A stretch of DNA of 61,992 bases from the IMG/VR virus record IMGVR_UViG_3300045988_165080, positions 1 to 61,992 of that record. One strand, given 5' to 3'. A program made the translations under genes and the position numbers. Each line of letters opens with the position of its first letter. Position 1 is the stretch's first letter. Source of the stretch: a virus. Positions 25,815-35,672 of the stretch are shown piece after piece. The notes beneath the pieces are model-generated. The model searched no databases, was not told where the DNA came from, and was given only the letters and a program-made list of their open reading frames with translations.

Positions 25815-26384
25815 ATGAAATATGGATATGCAAGAGTTAGTACTTATTCACAAAAGAAAGATGGTAACTCATTAGAAAGTCAAAGAGAATTATTATTAAA
25901 TGAAGGTTGTACAGAGGTATTTTCAGATGCTTATAGTGGATTAAAAACAGATAGACCAGAATTCACTAAACTATTAGGGCTTTTAAAAGAAGGTGACACT
26001 TTAGTAGTAACTAAATTAGATAGATTTTCAAGAAGTGCATCAGCTGGAATTAAGTTAATAGATTCACTATTGGAAAAAGGTGTTAAGGTCCACATTCTTA
26101 ATATAGGGCTTATGGATACAACACCTACTGGAAAGCTTATAAGAAATATCTTCTTCAGTTTCGCAGAGTTTGAAAGAGATATGATCGTAGAAAGAACTCA
26201 AGAAGGTAAGGCAATAGCAAAACAGAAACCAGGATTCAAAGACGGTAGAAAAAGAGTTTATGACGAGAAGAAAATTAAACATGCTATGAAACTAAAAGAG
26301 GAAGGATACAGCTATAAGCAAGTTACAGAAGTAACAGGAATAAGCAAAGCTACACTAATTAGAAGAATGAAAGAATATCAATAA
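25815..26384 (+). CDS. Small serine recombinase (resolvase/invertase type)
   Basis: YGYARVSTYSQ catalytic serine motif, LVVTKLDRFSRS and a C-terminal HTH YKQVTEVTGISKATLIRR. Promoter TTTACA - 17 nt - TACAAT lies upstream. Confidence 0.9.
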   Translation: MKYGYARVSTYSQKKDGNSLESQRELLLNEGCTEVFSDAYSGLKTDRPEFTKLLGLLKEGDTLVVTKLDRFSRSASAGIKLIDSLLEKGVKVHILNIGLMDTTPTGKLIRNIFFSFAEFERDMIVERTQEGKAIAKQKPGFKDGRKRVYDEKKIKHAMKLKEEGYSYKQVTEVTGISKATLIRRMKEYQ

Positions 26385-26516
26385 GAAAATAAATAATACA
26401 TTTTAAAAGTCAGAGAAATCTGGCTTTTTATTTCCAATAAATATCAAATTTATATAAATATATTTTTTAGAATAATAGAAAAAAATAACATAATATACTA
26501 TAATATAAATATAAAA

Positions 26517-26611
26517 AGAGAACTACATTCTATTTGCTCTAGAGTGGAAGTTCTTTAATAGTTATTTATCATCGGAACCACTCTTATTGGCGTTTGAGTG
26601 GTTTTTTTGCT
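26517..26611 (+). repeat. Left copy of a ~100-bp element (21-nt identical core plus terminator hairpin); inverted copy at 59059-59160
   Basis: agagaactacattctatttgc is identical to the complement of 59140-59160. aaccactcttattggcgtttgagtggttttttt resembles the complement of 59059-59093. TATAAT at 26499-26504 lies upstream. Confidence 0.7.
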
Positions 26612-26667
26612 ATATATAATAGATTATATGTTGTTAAAGAGTGGCGATTAAGTTGCTCTTTTTATAT

Positions 26668-26743
26668 TGGCCTATAGCTCAACAGGTAGAGCGCTCGGCT
26701 GTTAACCGATAGGTTGCGAGTTCAAATCTCACTAGGCCAGCCA
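26668..26743 (+). tRNA. tRNA-Asn (anticodon GTT), CCA encoded
   Basis: Acceptor stem TGGCCTA/TAGGCCA, D-arm GCTC..GAGC, anticodon loop CTGTTAA, T-loop TTCAAAT and 3' GCCA. Confidence 0.85.
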
Positions 26744-26759
26744 TTAATATAAAAGGAGA

Positions 26760-27020
26760 ATGTCTATGAAATTATATGAATTAGCTTATTTAAATGTTGA
26801 AAAAAATAAAAACTCTATAAATTTTGGGATTATGGATAAATTTATCAATGGAAAGACTTCTCATAATCTCGTTAAAAAGAGTAAACAAGAAAAAGAAGAA
26901 GTTATTTGCTACCTAAATGGTAGAGCGATGACTAAAAGCAAACTAGAAAAGACTTTTCCTAAAAAGAAAAAAAATAAATCAAAGAGAAAATATATAAAAA
27001 AGAAAAAAACTAAAGAGTAG
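26760..27020 (+). CDS. Hypothetical protein with a lysine-rich tail
   Basis: 86-aa ORF with RBS aaaggag. C-terminus KKKKNKSKRKYIKKKKTKE. Confidence 0.45.
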   Translation: MSMKLYELAYLNVEKNKNSINFGIMDKFINGKTSHNLVKKSKQEKEEVICYLNGRAMTKSKLEKTFPKKKKNKSKRKYIKKKKTKE

Positions 27021-27074
27021 TTATTAATTGACTGCTCTTTTTTAATGCAAATAAATTTAGAAAGGAGTGGTTAG

Positions 27075-28826
27075 ATGATTTATTTTGATGATATAGAGTT
27101 TGCTAATGACAATAAATACTCTATATACTTGATTGATAAATATTTAAAGAAATATTTCCCTAAAAATCAAAATAATATCAAACAAAAATACCTTCCTAAT
27201 GAAGTTGCAAAAGTAATTGGAGAGAAGGATATAACTTTTTTTAGTTTATATTTTCTTAGGACAACATTTATTCCAAGTGATGACAACAGTGCAAGGGAAC
27301 TTTGTGAAGAACATTATAAAATATGGAAAGTTCTTTCGGAGGCTTTTGTACAAGATCTATACGATAAACTTAATATAGTAGAGCCTAGGGGACTTGCTAA
27401 GTCAACTATATGTGATAAAACACTTGCAATATGGTTACATTGCTATAAAAAATCAAAGTTTACTCTATTAGGAGCAAAAACTGCAGATGATGCCGAGCAA
27501 TTCTTAAATTCTATAAAAAAAGAGTTTCTAGAAAATGAGCTTATAAAAGATGTATTCGGAAACTTAATAGATTTAAAAGGTAAAAAGCCTAACTCGAAAG
27601 ATTATTACAAAGTTAACTCAGGAGAAATTGAGTTTACTAATGATACATACATAAGAGCAGTAGGTTCAACCACTTCTGTCCGTGGTGCTAACTGGGGAGG
27701 TGTAAGACCTACAGTAGTTATTGCTGATGACTATCAATCAGAAGTTGATATTATAACCGAAGATGCTAGAGAAAAGAAATGGAATAGATGGTGTAAAGAA
27801 GTTGAGGAGGTTGGAGATACTGCAGTATTTAGAAAAGGTAAAAAAGTTAAGTCAGCAACTAAGTTTGTAAGTATAGGAACTGTATTACACATTGATTGCT
27901 TAATAAGTAAGCTTAGTAGAAATAGAGATTATCACACTATTATGAATAGAGCTGTTTTATTAGAAGATGGCCAAACAGTTGATGATATCTTTGAAAGTGA
28001 TTTATGGATTCAATGTAAAAAGATTTATTTTGATGACAAAATAGAAGATCCTCAAATAAAAGCTAGAAAATTCTATGAAGAACATATAGATGAAATGAAA
28101 TATCCATTATTATGGGAAGAAAAATGGGATTTTTTTATAGATATAGCAGTTAAATACTGGAGTAATAGAAAATCATTTATGTCAGAAAAGATGAATGATG
28201 CTAGTAGTATAGGTGAAAAATGGTTCAAATCTATAAGAACTCAATCAGTAGAGGAGATAGAAGACCATGTTTTTTTAAAAACAATGCTTTGTGTTGACCC
28301 TGCAGGAGATAATTCTTCGAATAAGAAAAAGAAAACCGACTCATTTGCAATGATAGTAGGTTCATTAGGAGAAAATGACTTTAAATATATCAGAAGAATG
28401 ATACTTGAAAAAATGAGTTTTACAGAGTATTGTAATACAATTATTGATATTTTATTAGAATTTACTGATATAACTCATATATCTATAGAAAGAAATACCT
28501 ACTTAGGTTCAGATGTAACTACTATACAACAAATGATTGAAAAGATACCTGAACTAAAGAAAAGAAATTTAATATTTATTAATGATATGAATAATAAAAA
28601 TAAAGATAATCGTATTGCAACTATACAAGATCCAGTTAATAATGGTCAAATTATATTTGCAGATAATAATAAAGCATTTACAGATCAGATATTAGACTTT
28701 CAAGGAACTGCATATACACTACATGATGATGCTGCAGATGTTGTTTCTGATTTTGCAAATAAAATACTAAAAATAAAAACAAAAAATATAATTAGGTTCA
28801 TGGATAGAAGGAGATTGGGTGTGTAA
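27075..28826 (+). CDS. Terminase large subunit
   Basis: ATPase motifs VEPRGLAKST and VVIADDYQSE, a C-terminal nuclease region (VDPAG...HDDAADV), and position before the portal. Confidence 0.85.
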   Translation: MIYFDDIEFANDNKYSIYLIDKYLKKYFPKNQNNIKQKYLPNEVAKVIGEKDITFFSLYFLRTTFIPSDDNSARELCEEHYKIWKVLSEAFVQDLYDKLNIVEPRGLAKSTICDKTLAIWLHCYKKSKFTLLGAKTADDAEQFLNSIKKEFLENELIKDVFGNLIDLKGKKPNSKDYYKVNSGEIEFTNDTYIRAVGSTTSVRGANWGGVRPTVVIADDYQSEVDIITEDAREKKWNRWCKEVEEVGDTAVFRKGKKVKSATKFVSIGTVLHIDCLISKLSRNRDYHTIMNRAVLLEDGQTVDDIFESDLWIQCKKIYFDDKIEDPQIKARKFYEEHIDEMKYPLLWEEKWDFFIDIAVKYWSNRKSFMSEKMNDASSIGEKWFKSIRTQSVEEIEDHVFLKTMLCVDPAGDNSSNKKKKTDSFAMIVGSLGENDFKYIRRMILEKMSFTEYCNTIIDILLEFTDITHISIERNTYLGSDVTTIQQMIEKIPELKKRNLIFINDMNNKNKDNRIATIQDPVNNGQIIFADNNKAFTDQILDFQGTAYTLHDDAADVVSDFANKILKIKTKNIIRFMDRRRLGV

Positions 28827-29264
28827 ATGAAAAAATATAAGCCTATCGATGAAGTTATAAGTGTTTATGATGTTCCTAAAGAATTATGGGAATCTGAAAG
28901 CTTAATGAAAGAAAAACCGAATTGGAATAAGACAAATTATACCGAGTCGGAAAAAGTATATCAAAATAAGGAATTTATTATATTGAAAGTTAAAAGTAAT
29001 AAAAAAATTGGATTTATTGTATATAACACGAAAAAAGAGTGGGAAAATGGTCACTCTCATTTAAATTCTAGAGCTATTTCAGAAATTGTAATAAAAAATG
29101 TAATTTATAAAAGAAAACCTAAAACGAATAACTTGTATGTACTTAAAAGTCATGCAAGGGTTTCAAACGATGAAAAATACATAAAATTTATTGAAGAACT
29201 GATAGAAGTTAAAAAAAATAAGAGCAAAAATAAATATATAAATAAGAAAGGAGGCCGAAAATAA
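28827..29264 (+). CDS. Hypothetical protein inserted between terL and portal, with a lysine-rich tail
   Basis: 145-aa ORF. C-terminus KKNKSKNKYINKKGGRK. Confidence 0.5.
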   Translation: MKKYKPIDEVISVYDVPKELWESESLMKEKPNWNKTNYTESEKVYQNKEFIILKVKSNKKIGFIVYNTKKEWENGHSHLNSRAISEIVIKNVIYKRKPKTNNLYVLKSHARVSNDEKYIKFIEELIEVKKNKSKNKYINKKGGRK

Positions 29265-30676
29265 TGCAGACTATAGCTGAAATTATAGATGGTCTAAAAA
29301 AAGGAATGACTCTAGATTTAAACATTCCTGATCATATGAATTTTGTCAGATATATGTATCAATGTTTTGAGTCTGATTTACATAAATATCAAAAGATGTA
29401 TGACTATTATAAAGGTAATACAGATGCTATGGCCGATTATAAAACAATTACACAAAGGTCAAACTTAAAAGTAAATACTAATTTTTTTAAAAAGTTTGTA
29501 AAAGAAGAGGTCTCTTATACTGTAGGAAATCCTATTACTTATGAAAGTAAAGAGCAACCTGGTTTATTAGATGAATTAACATCAACCATGGCATTGTGGA
29601 ATAAAAACCATGACAGTGATTTAATGAAATATATGGTTATTTTTACTAAAGTATTTGAAATTTATCGATATGATGAAGAAGGATTTAAAAGCATTATTTC
29701 AACACCTTTAACAGGATATGCATATCAAGATGAATATGACAATGTTTTGTTTTATATGGATGTAAAAGTAGAACATTTAGATGTAGATGTTTATCACATA
29801 GATGTTTATACAAAAAAATGTGTTTATCATTTAGATAGAGAATTCAATCAAATAGAGCCTCCAACAAACCATAGATTTGGTATAATACCTGTTTCAGTAG
29901 GTAAATTAACTGAAGAATTAACAGAAGATAGTTTATATAAAGACCTAAAAGGTTTACAAGATGCTTATGAAACTAATTTATCTGACTTAGGAAATGAAAT
30001 TTCAGATTTTAGAAACGCATATATGCTGATGACAGATTGTGAATTTGAAGAAGAAAAAGTAGTTATTGATGAAGAAACTGGAGAAGAAACAAAAATAGAT
30101 CCGATTTTAGAAATGAAGAAAAAAGGCATCTTGATGGTAGGTAAAGATGGGAAGATACAATGGTTGATTAAACAAATTAATGATACTTTTGTACAAAATA
30201 CGCTAGATAGATATAAAGATGATATGTATCAAATAAGTTGTCACATAAATCATAATGAAAGGCTTCAATCAAATTTGAGTGGGATTACACTTAGAAGTAG
30301 ATTAATAGCACTTGAAAACAAATGCGCACTTCAAATAAATGCTCATTCAAATATAGTTACAAATAGATTGAAATTTTGGTGCAATTATATAAATTATTTT
30401 AAAGCAAAAAACTTTGATTGGAAAAAAATAAAAATTATTTATACTGCAAATATCCCTCAAGACGATTTAGCTACAGCTCAAATGCTTAGTCAAGTACCGC
30501 CTGGAGTTATTTCTAAGAGAACGGCATCAAGTAGATTTGGATTTATAGTAGATTTAGATGCTGAACAAAGACAAATTGAAAGAGAATATGAAGAAGAAAT
30601 GAAAAGGGAAGATGAAAGTTTAGGTGAATTGTATGGCAATAAACACCAACACACAGAAACAAACTTCGAAGAATAG
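29264..30676 (+). CDS. Portal protein (SPP1 gp6-like by size and position)
   Basis: 470 aa, directly after the terminase region and before a gp7-like head morphogenesis gene. Confidence 0.8.
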   Translation: MQTIAEIIDGLKKGMTLDLNIPDHMNFVRYMYQCFESDLHKYQKMYDYYKGNTDAMADYKTITQRSNLKVNTNFFKKFVKEEVSYTVGNPITYESKEQPGLLDELTSTMALWNKNHDSDLMKYMVIFTKVFEIYRYDEEGFKSIISTPLTGYAYQDEYDNVLFYMDVKVEHLDVDVYHIDVYTKKCVYHLDREFNQIEPPTNHRFGIIPVSVGKLTEELTEDSLYKDLKGLQDAYETNLSDLGNEISDFRNAYMLMTDCEFEEEKVVIDEETGEETKIDPILEMKKKGILMVGKDGKIQWLIKQINDTFVQNTLDRYKDDMYQISCHINHNERLQSNLSGITLRSRLIALENKCALQINAHSNIVTNRLKFWCNYINYFKAKNFDWKKIKIIYTANIPQDDLATAQMLSQVPPGVISKRTASSRFGFIVDLDAEQRQIEREYEEEMKREDESLGELYGNKHQHTETNFEE

Positions 30677-31379
30677 AAATGCTGAAGAAACTAAAAGTTT
30701 CATGGAAAAAGCATATAATCAAGCAGAACAAGAGCTTGAGAAATATCTTAAAAAGATGAATAAGACCGATAAACAGATTAGAGAGTTAATGGAAACTGCT
30801 AATTTTGCTTATCAAATAGAAAAGACATCAAAGGATTATGAAAGTGCTGAAAGATTTCTTGTAATAGCAGTTTTTTCAATGCTTAATGATGAAGATGAAT
30901 GGCTTGAAGATCTAATAGATAACTTCTTTGATGAAATGTTTGAAGAAATTGTAGAGTACTTTGGATATTTTGTAGACAATGAAGAAAAGCAGAAAATATT
31001 AAATAGAAAATATGAAGGTAAAACGTATAAACAAAGAATAAAAATCAATATGGCTAGAATAAATAATCGAACTAAAAAAAGATTAAAAATAGCGTATAAC
31101 AAGAGAAATTTATACAATATCGCATCATGGTTAACACCAAGACAAAAAATGAGTAGAAAAAGAGCAAGAGGTATATTGATATCTGAACTTAGTAGAATAG
31201 CAAATGATATCTTTATTTATTGTAATAGAGATAAAAAATTTATGTATTGTTCAGTTTTAGAGGAAAGAACTTGTGGTGATTGTGAAAGTATGCATGGTAC
31301 TATTTTAACTGCTGAAGAAGCTCATGATTTAATACCTCAGCATAATTTCTGTAAATGTTACTTTGTAGTTGTAAGATAA
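30633..31379 (+). CDS. Minor head / head morphogenesis protein (SPP1 gp7 / Mu F-like)
   Basis: C-terminal CGDCESMHGT...NFCKCYF motif and position after the portal. Confidence 0.7.
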   Translation: MAINTNTQKQTSKNRNAEETKSFMEKAYNQAEQELEKYLKKMNKTDKQIRELMETANFAYQIEKTSKDYESAERFLVIAVFSMLNDEDEWLEDLIDNFFDEMFEEIVEYFGYFVDNEEKQKILNRKYEGKTYKQRIKINMARINNRTKKRLKIAYNKRNLYNIASWLTPRQKMSRKRARGILISELSRIANDIFIYCNRDKKFMYCSVLEERTCGDCESMHGTILTAEEAHDLIPQHNFCKCYFVVVR

Positions 31380-31392
31380 TAGGAGGTCATTA

Positions 31393-31704
31393 ATGAAAAA
31401 AGTATTTATATCTCAACCAATGAGAGGACTAACAGACGAAGAAATATTAAAAAAAAGAAGTGAAATAAAAAAAAATATAGAGACTAAAATAAACGAAGAA
31501 ATAGAATTTATAGATTCGTTTTTACAAGATTATCCAAGTAATATACACGATATACACGTACCAGTTTGGTATTTAGGTAAATCAATACAACTATTATCAC
31601 AAGCAGATATGGTATACTTTGGAGAAGGTTGGAATGAAGCAAGAGGATGTAAAATAGAATATGAAATAGCAAAAGCATATGGAATAAATATAATAGGTTG
31701 TTAG
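31393..31704 (+). CDS. DUF4406 / nucleoside 2-deoxyribosyltransferase-like protein
   Basis: KKVFISQPMRGL...ADMVYFGEGWNEARGCKIEYEIAKAYGINII. Confidence 0.5.
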   Translation: MKKVFISQPMRGLTDEEILKKRSEIKKNIETKINEEIEFIDSFLQDYPSNIHDIHVPVWYLGKSIQLLSQADMVYFGEGWNEARGCKIEYEIAKAYGINIIGC

Positions 31705-31713
31705 GAGGATAAT

Positions 31714-31980
31714 ATGAACGAAAAAGAGTTTTTAAGTTGGTGTAAAGATGAAATTGTAAAGTACACTAATAATCACTTAGATAAATCAGACAATAAGCAA
31801 ATAACAAAAGATGATGTGTTTATGGTTTGGTGTACTAAAGTTTTACAAAATAATAAAGCATTGTTAAGTACAACTTTATTTGACGGAATGTATTACGAAT
31901 GTACATACAACGGAGATAAAAAAGAAATGTACATAGATGCTTACAAGAAATGGGAGAATTATAAAGTTGAGCAAAAATAA
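31714..31980 (+). CDS. Hypothetical protein
   Basis: 88-aa ORF with RBS aggagga. Confidence 0.5.
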   Translation: MNEKEFLSWCKDEIVKYTNNHLDKSDNKQITKDDVFMVWCTKVLQNNKALLSTTLFDGMYYECTYNGDKKEMYIDAYKKWENYKVEQK

Positions 31981-32206
31981 GTATAGAAAAGAAGATTATG
32001 ATTTGCTTTTAGGTATATATGCTTTTGTAGGAGTATACTTCTTAGCATATGCATTATTTTTAATATCATTAGCAATACTTCATATACCTATATCGAATAT
32101 TATAGATTGGATGGGTATGGCTGTAATATCGATACTTAGTATTGTTTATGTGGTAAGATTGCATATAAAAAGAGCAAAATCAATAAAGGATAAGGAGAAA
32201 ATATGA
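31937..32206 (+). CDS. Small membrane protein (two hydrophobic helices)
   Basis: LLLGIYAFVGVYFLAYALFLISLAIL and WMGMAVISILSIVYVV. The start is uncertain. Confidence 0.4.
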   Translation: MLTRNGRIIKLSKNKYRKEDYDLLLGIYAFVGVYFLAYALFLISLAILHIPISNIIDWMGMAVISILSIVYVVRLHIKRAKSIKDKEKI

Positions 32207-32442
32207 GTGAACAACAAATAGAAGCTATTAGAGATATTCTTAGAAAAGCTATTGACGATATAGTGAGTAATATTAGAAAGTTGATTGGTAAAATATTTAA
32301 CGACCTAATGACACTGTATAGTACTCTTAAAAAGATTAATTTAATAAAGCATAAAGAACACAAGGATGTAGTGCTTTACAAGTTAAAACCTCAAGTAATA
32401 AATAGAAAGCCGAAATATACAAGATGCAGAAATTGCTGCTAA
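32203..32442 (+). CDS. Hypothetical basic protein
   Basis: 79-aa ORF with RBS aaggagaa. Confidence 0.4.
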   Translation: MSEQQIEAIRDILRKAIDDIVSNIRKLIGKIFNDLMTLYSTLKKINLIKHKEHKDVVLYKLKPQVINRKPKYTRCRNCC

Positions 32443-32492
32443 ACAAAAGTCCGTAAGGGCTTATTTTTATGCTCCGAAATGAGGATAAACTA

Positions 32493-32557
32493 AGTACTTT
32501 GGGGGCTAGTACTCCGAGGGACTAAATTCTTATTTAAATACTATGAGGGCTAGTACT
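32493..32557 (+). repeat. Two related stem-loops sharing GGGCTAGTACT, upstream of the scaffold gene
   Basis: agtact-ttgggggct-agtact (32493-32513) and atact-atgagggct-agtact (32538-32557). A terminator lies at about 32447-32470 just before them. Confidence 0.5.
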
Positions 32558-32578
32558 TCATGGGGAAAGAGGTAAAAA

Positions 32579-33265
32579 ATGATAATCAAAAAAGATTTGT
32601 TAGAAAAATTAAACGATATAGATGAAAATGCCGATGTTACTGAAATCTTAAAAGGGATTGATGGAATAGCAGAAGTTAAAGAAATACCTTTTGATGTAAA
32701 TAAATTGACTGTTGAGGATTATAAAAATATTCTTGAAACAAATAAAGCGATACAAGGATATAATCAATCTCAATTAGATAGTGCTGTATCTAAAGGTGTT
32801 GAAAGTTTTAAAACAAAAAAAATGCCTGGAATTATAGAGAGTGAAATAAAAAAAGCAACTGCTCCAAAACATGAAACTCCTGAACAAAAGGCTCAAAGAG
32901 AACAAATGGAAGCTATGGAAGCAAGACTTAAAGAGATGGAAGAAAAGAATGCTGCAACTGAAAAGAAAAATGCAGAAAACGAAGCTAAATTAGCTCAAGA
33001 AGGTAGAATCAAAGAAAGTCGTACTTATCTAGCAGAAATGAAATATCCAAAACAAGTCGAAAATTTCTTAGAGTTTGTAGTTGGTGAAGATATGGATATC
33101 AGTAAACAAAATATTGATAAATTAGCTAATGCATTTAGCGAATATGGGCAAGAAGTCCTTAAAACTGATATGACAAATAATCCATTTAATCCTAGCAGTG
33201 GAGGAAATGGGGATCCGGTTGATCATGTTCAAGCTCAAGTAAATCAAATTTTAGGCTTGTCATAA
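32579..33265 (+). CDS. Scaffolding protein
   Basis: Highly charged, coiled-coil-like (EQKAQREQMEAMEARLKEMEEKNAATEKKNAENEAKL). Immediately precedes the capsid gene. Confidence 0.65.
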   Translation: MIIKKDLLEKLNDIDENADVTEILKGIDGIAEVKEIPFDVNKLTVEDYKNILETNKAIQGYNQSQLDSAVSKGVESFKTKKMPGIIESEIKKATAPKHETPEQKAQREQMEAMEARLKEMEEKNAATEKKNAENEAKLAQEGRIKESRTYLAEMKYPKQVENFLEFVVGEDMDISKQNIDKLANAFSEYGQEVLKTDMTNNPFNPSSGGNGDPVDHVQAQVNQILGLS

Positions 33266-33292
33266 AAATAAATTAATTAGGAGGTGTTTAGC

Positions 33293-34231
33293 ATGGCTAA
33301 CACAATACAATACGCACAAATTTTACAAAATGCATTAGACAAACAAATGGTACACGAATCATTAACAGGCTGGATGGATGCCAATGCAGGTCAAGTTAAA
33401 TATAATGGTGGTAAAGAAGTTAAAATACCTCAATTATCAATGGATGGACTTGCTAACTATGATAAACAAGCTGATAGTGGATATACTAAAGGCTCTATCA
33501 AATACGAATACAAAACTTACACAATGACACAAGATAGAGGACGTAAATTCCAAATAGACTCTCAAGATGTTGATGAAACTAACTTTGTATTAACAGCAAC
33601 AACAATAATGGGTGAATTCCAAAGAACTAAAGTTATACCTGAAGTAGATGCTTATAGATTAAGTAAATTAGCAACAACTGCCATGAGCGTGGCTAATGAT
33701 GAAAACGTAGAATACGGATACACTGTAGCAAATTCAACTGTTATAGCTAAAATTAAAAAAGGTATAAAAACATTAAGAGAAAAATGCCATAATGGAACAC
33801 TAGTTATTATGTGCAACTATGACACACAACTAGCTATAGAAGAAGCTGCATTAGGTAAATTAGCATCTGTATCTTTTTCTCAAGGTGGAATAAACACTAA
33901 AGTTCCAGCTATAGATGGATGCCCAATTATACCAGTTCCACAAAATAGACTATATAGTGCAATCCAATTATATGATGGTTCGACTAGTGGTCAAACTACT
34001 GGCGGATACATTAAAGCAACTTCTGGATTAGATGTTAACTTTTTAATCATGCCTTTAGATTTACCTTTAGCAGTAACTAAACAAGATATCATGAGAATAT
34101 TTGATCCTGAAACTAACCAAAGTGCAAATGCATGGGCTATGGACTATAGAAGATATCATGACTTATGGGTATTAGAAAGTAAAAAAGAAGGGGTATATGC
34201 AAATATAAAAGATGCAAAACCTAATCAATAA
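33293..34231 (+). CDS. Major capsid protein
   Basis: About 312 aa with RBS taggaggtg. Position is after the scaffold. Confidence 0.75.
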   Translation: MANTIQYAQILQNALDKQMVHESLTGWMDANAGQVKYNGGKEVKIPQLSMDGLANYDKQADSGYTKGSIKYEYKTYTMTQDRGRKFQIDSQDVDETNFVLTATTIMGEFQRTKVIPEVDAYRLSKLATTAMSVANDENVEYGYTVANSTVIAKIKKGIKTLREKCHNGTLVIMCNYDTQLAIEEAALGKLASVSFSQGGINTKVPAIDGCPIIPVPQNRLYSAIQLYDGSTSGQTTGGYIKATSGLDVNFLIMPLDLPLAVTKQDIMRIFDPETNQSANAWAMDYRRYHDLWVLESKKEGVYANIKDAKPNQ

Positions 34232-34252
34232 AGTAATTAATAAGGTAATTTT

Positions 34253-34501
34253 ATGTTTGAAATAAAAAAACAAAATGTCCATAGAACAGTAGAAACAATG
34301 GAACAAGTACAAAAATATATTGCTGAAGGGTATGAATTAATCAAGGATTTAAACGAACAGAAAAGTGAAAATTTTTCATCAGTTGATATTGATTCTTTGA
34401 ATTTTAATAATCTAAAAACCTTGGCTAAAGAAAAAAAGATTAAAGGCTATAGTACAATGACAAAAACAAACTTAATTAAAGCTTTAAAGGGGTTGTTATA
34501 A
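34253..34501 (+). CDS. Small protein with a Rho-N/SAP-like C-terminal motif
   Basis: LNFNNLKTLAKEKKIKGYSTMTKTNLIKALKG. Confidence 0.5.
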   Translation: MFEIKKQNVHRTVETMEQVQKYIAEGYELIKDLNEQKSENFSSVDIDSLNFNNLKTLAKEKKIKGYSTMTKTNLIKALKGLL

Positions 34502-34864
34502 ATGACTTCTTATGATTTGTTATTACAAAAACATTTCCCTAATATAAATGAATCTGATTTAGCTATGCATAAACAATTAGCTACTCAAAAGCTATTACTT
34601 TATTTTAAGAATAGACTTAATAGAAATATAACAGCTAAACAATTAGAAACAGAGTACGGATCCGCTCTGTTTCTTTTGGTTTCTAATGCTATTAATTTTA
34701 ATGCTAACTATTCAAGCGTAAAGGGAATTAAATCGATTTCACAAGGGAATAAGAAAACCACATTTGATGAAAGTGTAAGTTCTATCAATTCAGGTGGAGC
34801 TTATGATATAACTGATGAAATAAAGGAACTTTTACCTGTAGCAGCAGTTAAATTGAGGGGTTAG
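34502..34864 (+). CDS. Head-tail connector protein
   Basis: Called from position and size in the head-to-tail joining block. Confidence 0.45.
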   Translation: MTSYDLLLQKHFPNINESDLAMHKQLATQKLLLYFKNRLNRNITAKQLETEYGSALFLLVSNAINFNANYSSVKGIKSISQGNKKTTFDESVSSINSGGAYDITDEIKELLPVAAVKLRG

Positions 34865-35296
34865 GTGATAAATATGTTTGGATATGACGAAGATAGTGCA
34901 ACTTTATTTAATATTTCTTTAGATGAAAAAAGAAAACCAGTTTATCACCGTACTTTTTTAACAGGTATAGATTGGCAACAAGCTACAGGAGTTAAATTTT
35001 TAAAGACAACTGGTTCATCTGCCGATATAGATAATAAAATTTTAATATTTGTAAAATATGGGGCCTATGAAGGCAAATCTTATATAGGCCCTAAAAAATT
35101 TAGTCAACTTGAAGATAAAAGTAATTATTATACATTCAACGAAGGAGAAGATATACTCCTAAAAGGAATACATGACATTGAAATCACTAATTCTCAAGAG
35201 TTTAACGATATTCAAAGAAATTATGATGATGTAGTTAAAATTATTAATGTTACTAAGTGTGAATTAACTAAGCACTTTGAATTAGGATGTGAGTAA
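34865..35296 (+). CDS. Head-tail joining protein
   Basis: Called from position. ATG at 34874 is an alternative start. Confidence 0.4.
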   Translation: MINMFGYDEDSATLFNISLDEKRKPVYHRTFLTGIDWQQATGVKFLKTTGSSADIDNKILIFVKYGAYEGKSYIGPKKFSQLEDKSNYYTFNEGEDILLKGIHDIEITNSQEFNDIQRNYDDVVKIINVTKCELTKHFELGCE

Positions 35297-35672
35297 ATTG
35301 GGAGGATTAATAGCAAAAGCAAAAATTCAAATAGATTATGACAAAGTTATAAGTAAAAGTAAACTTGAGCAAGGGCAAAAACAATTTGTAAGTCTTGTTA
35401 GAAGTAAATCTGACCCATATGTACCTTTTTTAAGTGGAGATTTAAAAAATACTGCTAAAGAAAATAAAAAAAGTATTACATATAGTCCTTATCACAGAGG
35501 TTTAAAATCATATGCAGCTAAAAATTATTATACAAATGCAGGTATGGGAAGACAAGGTTTGAATAGAGGTGGAAAAAGAGGTAGAATGTGGGTTCCACGA
35601 ATGTGGGTCAATGAAGGTGATTCAATAGTAAATGAAGTTGCTAAAACCATTGGAGGAAAAGCTACAAAATGA
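35289..35672 (+). CDS. Minor capsid / head-tail adaptor protein
   Basis: SKSDPYVPFLSGDLKNTA motif typical of phage minor capsid proteins, plus position. Confidence 0.45.
   Translation: MSKLGGLIAKAKIQIDYDKVISKSKLEQGQKQFVSLVRSKSDPYVPFLSGDLKNTAKENKKSITYSPYHRGLKSYAAKNYYTNAGMGRQGLNRGGKRGRMWVPRMWVNEGDSIVNEVAKTIGGKATK

Noticed and set aside
25815-26743. Serine recombinase plus adjacent tRNA-Asn considered as an integration module (integrase and attP)
   Set aside because: The 189-aa protein is resolvase/invertase-sized and lacks the large C-terminal domain of serine integrases. The tRNA is complete with an encoded CCA and shows no duplicated 3' segment.
31937-32206. Possible holin-like function for the two-TM protein in the head module
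   Set aside because: A canonical XhlA/holin/endolysin cassette exists at 57643-58980, and there is no adjacent lysin here. It is kept as a hypothetical membrane protein only.
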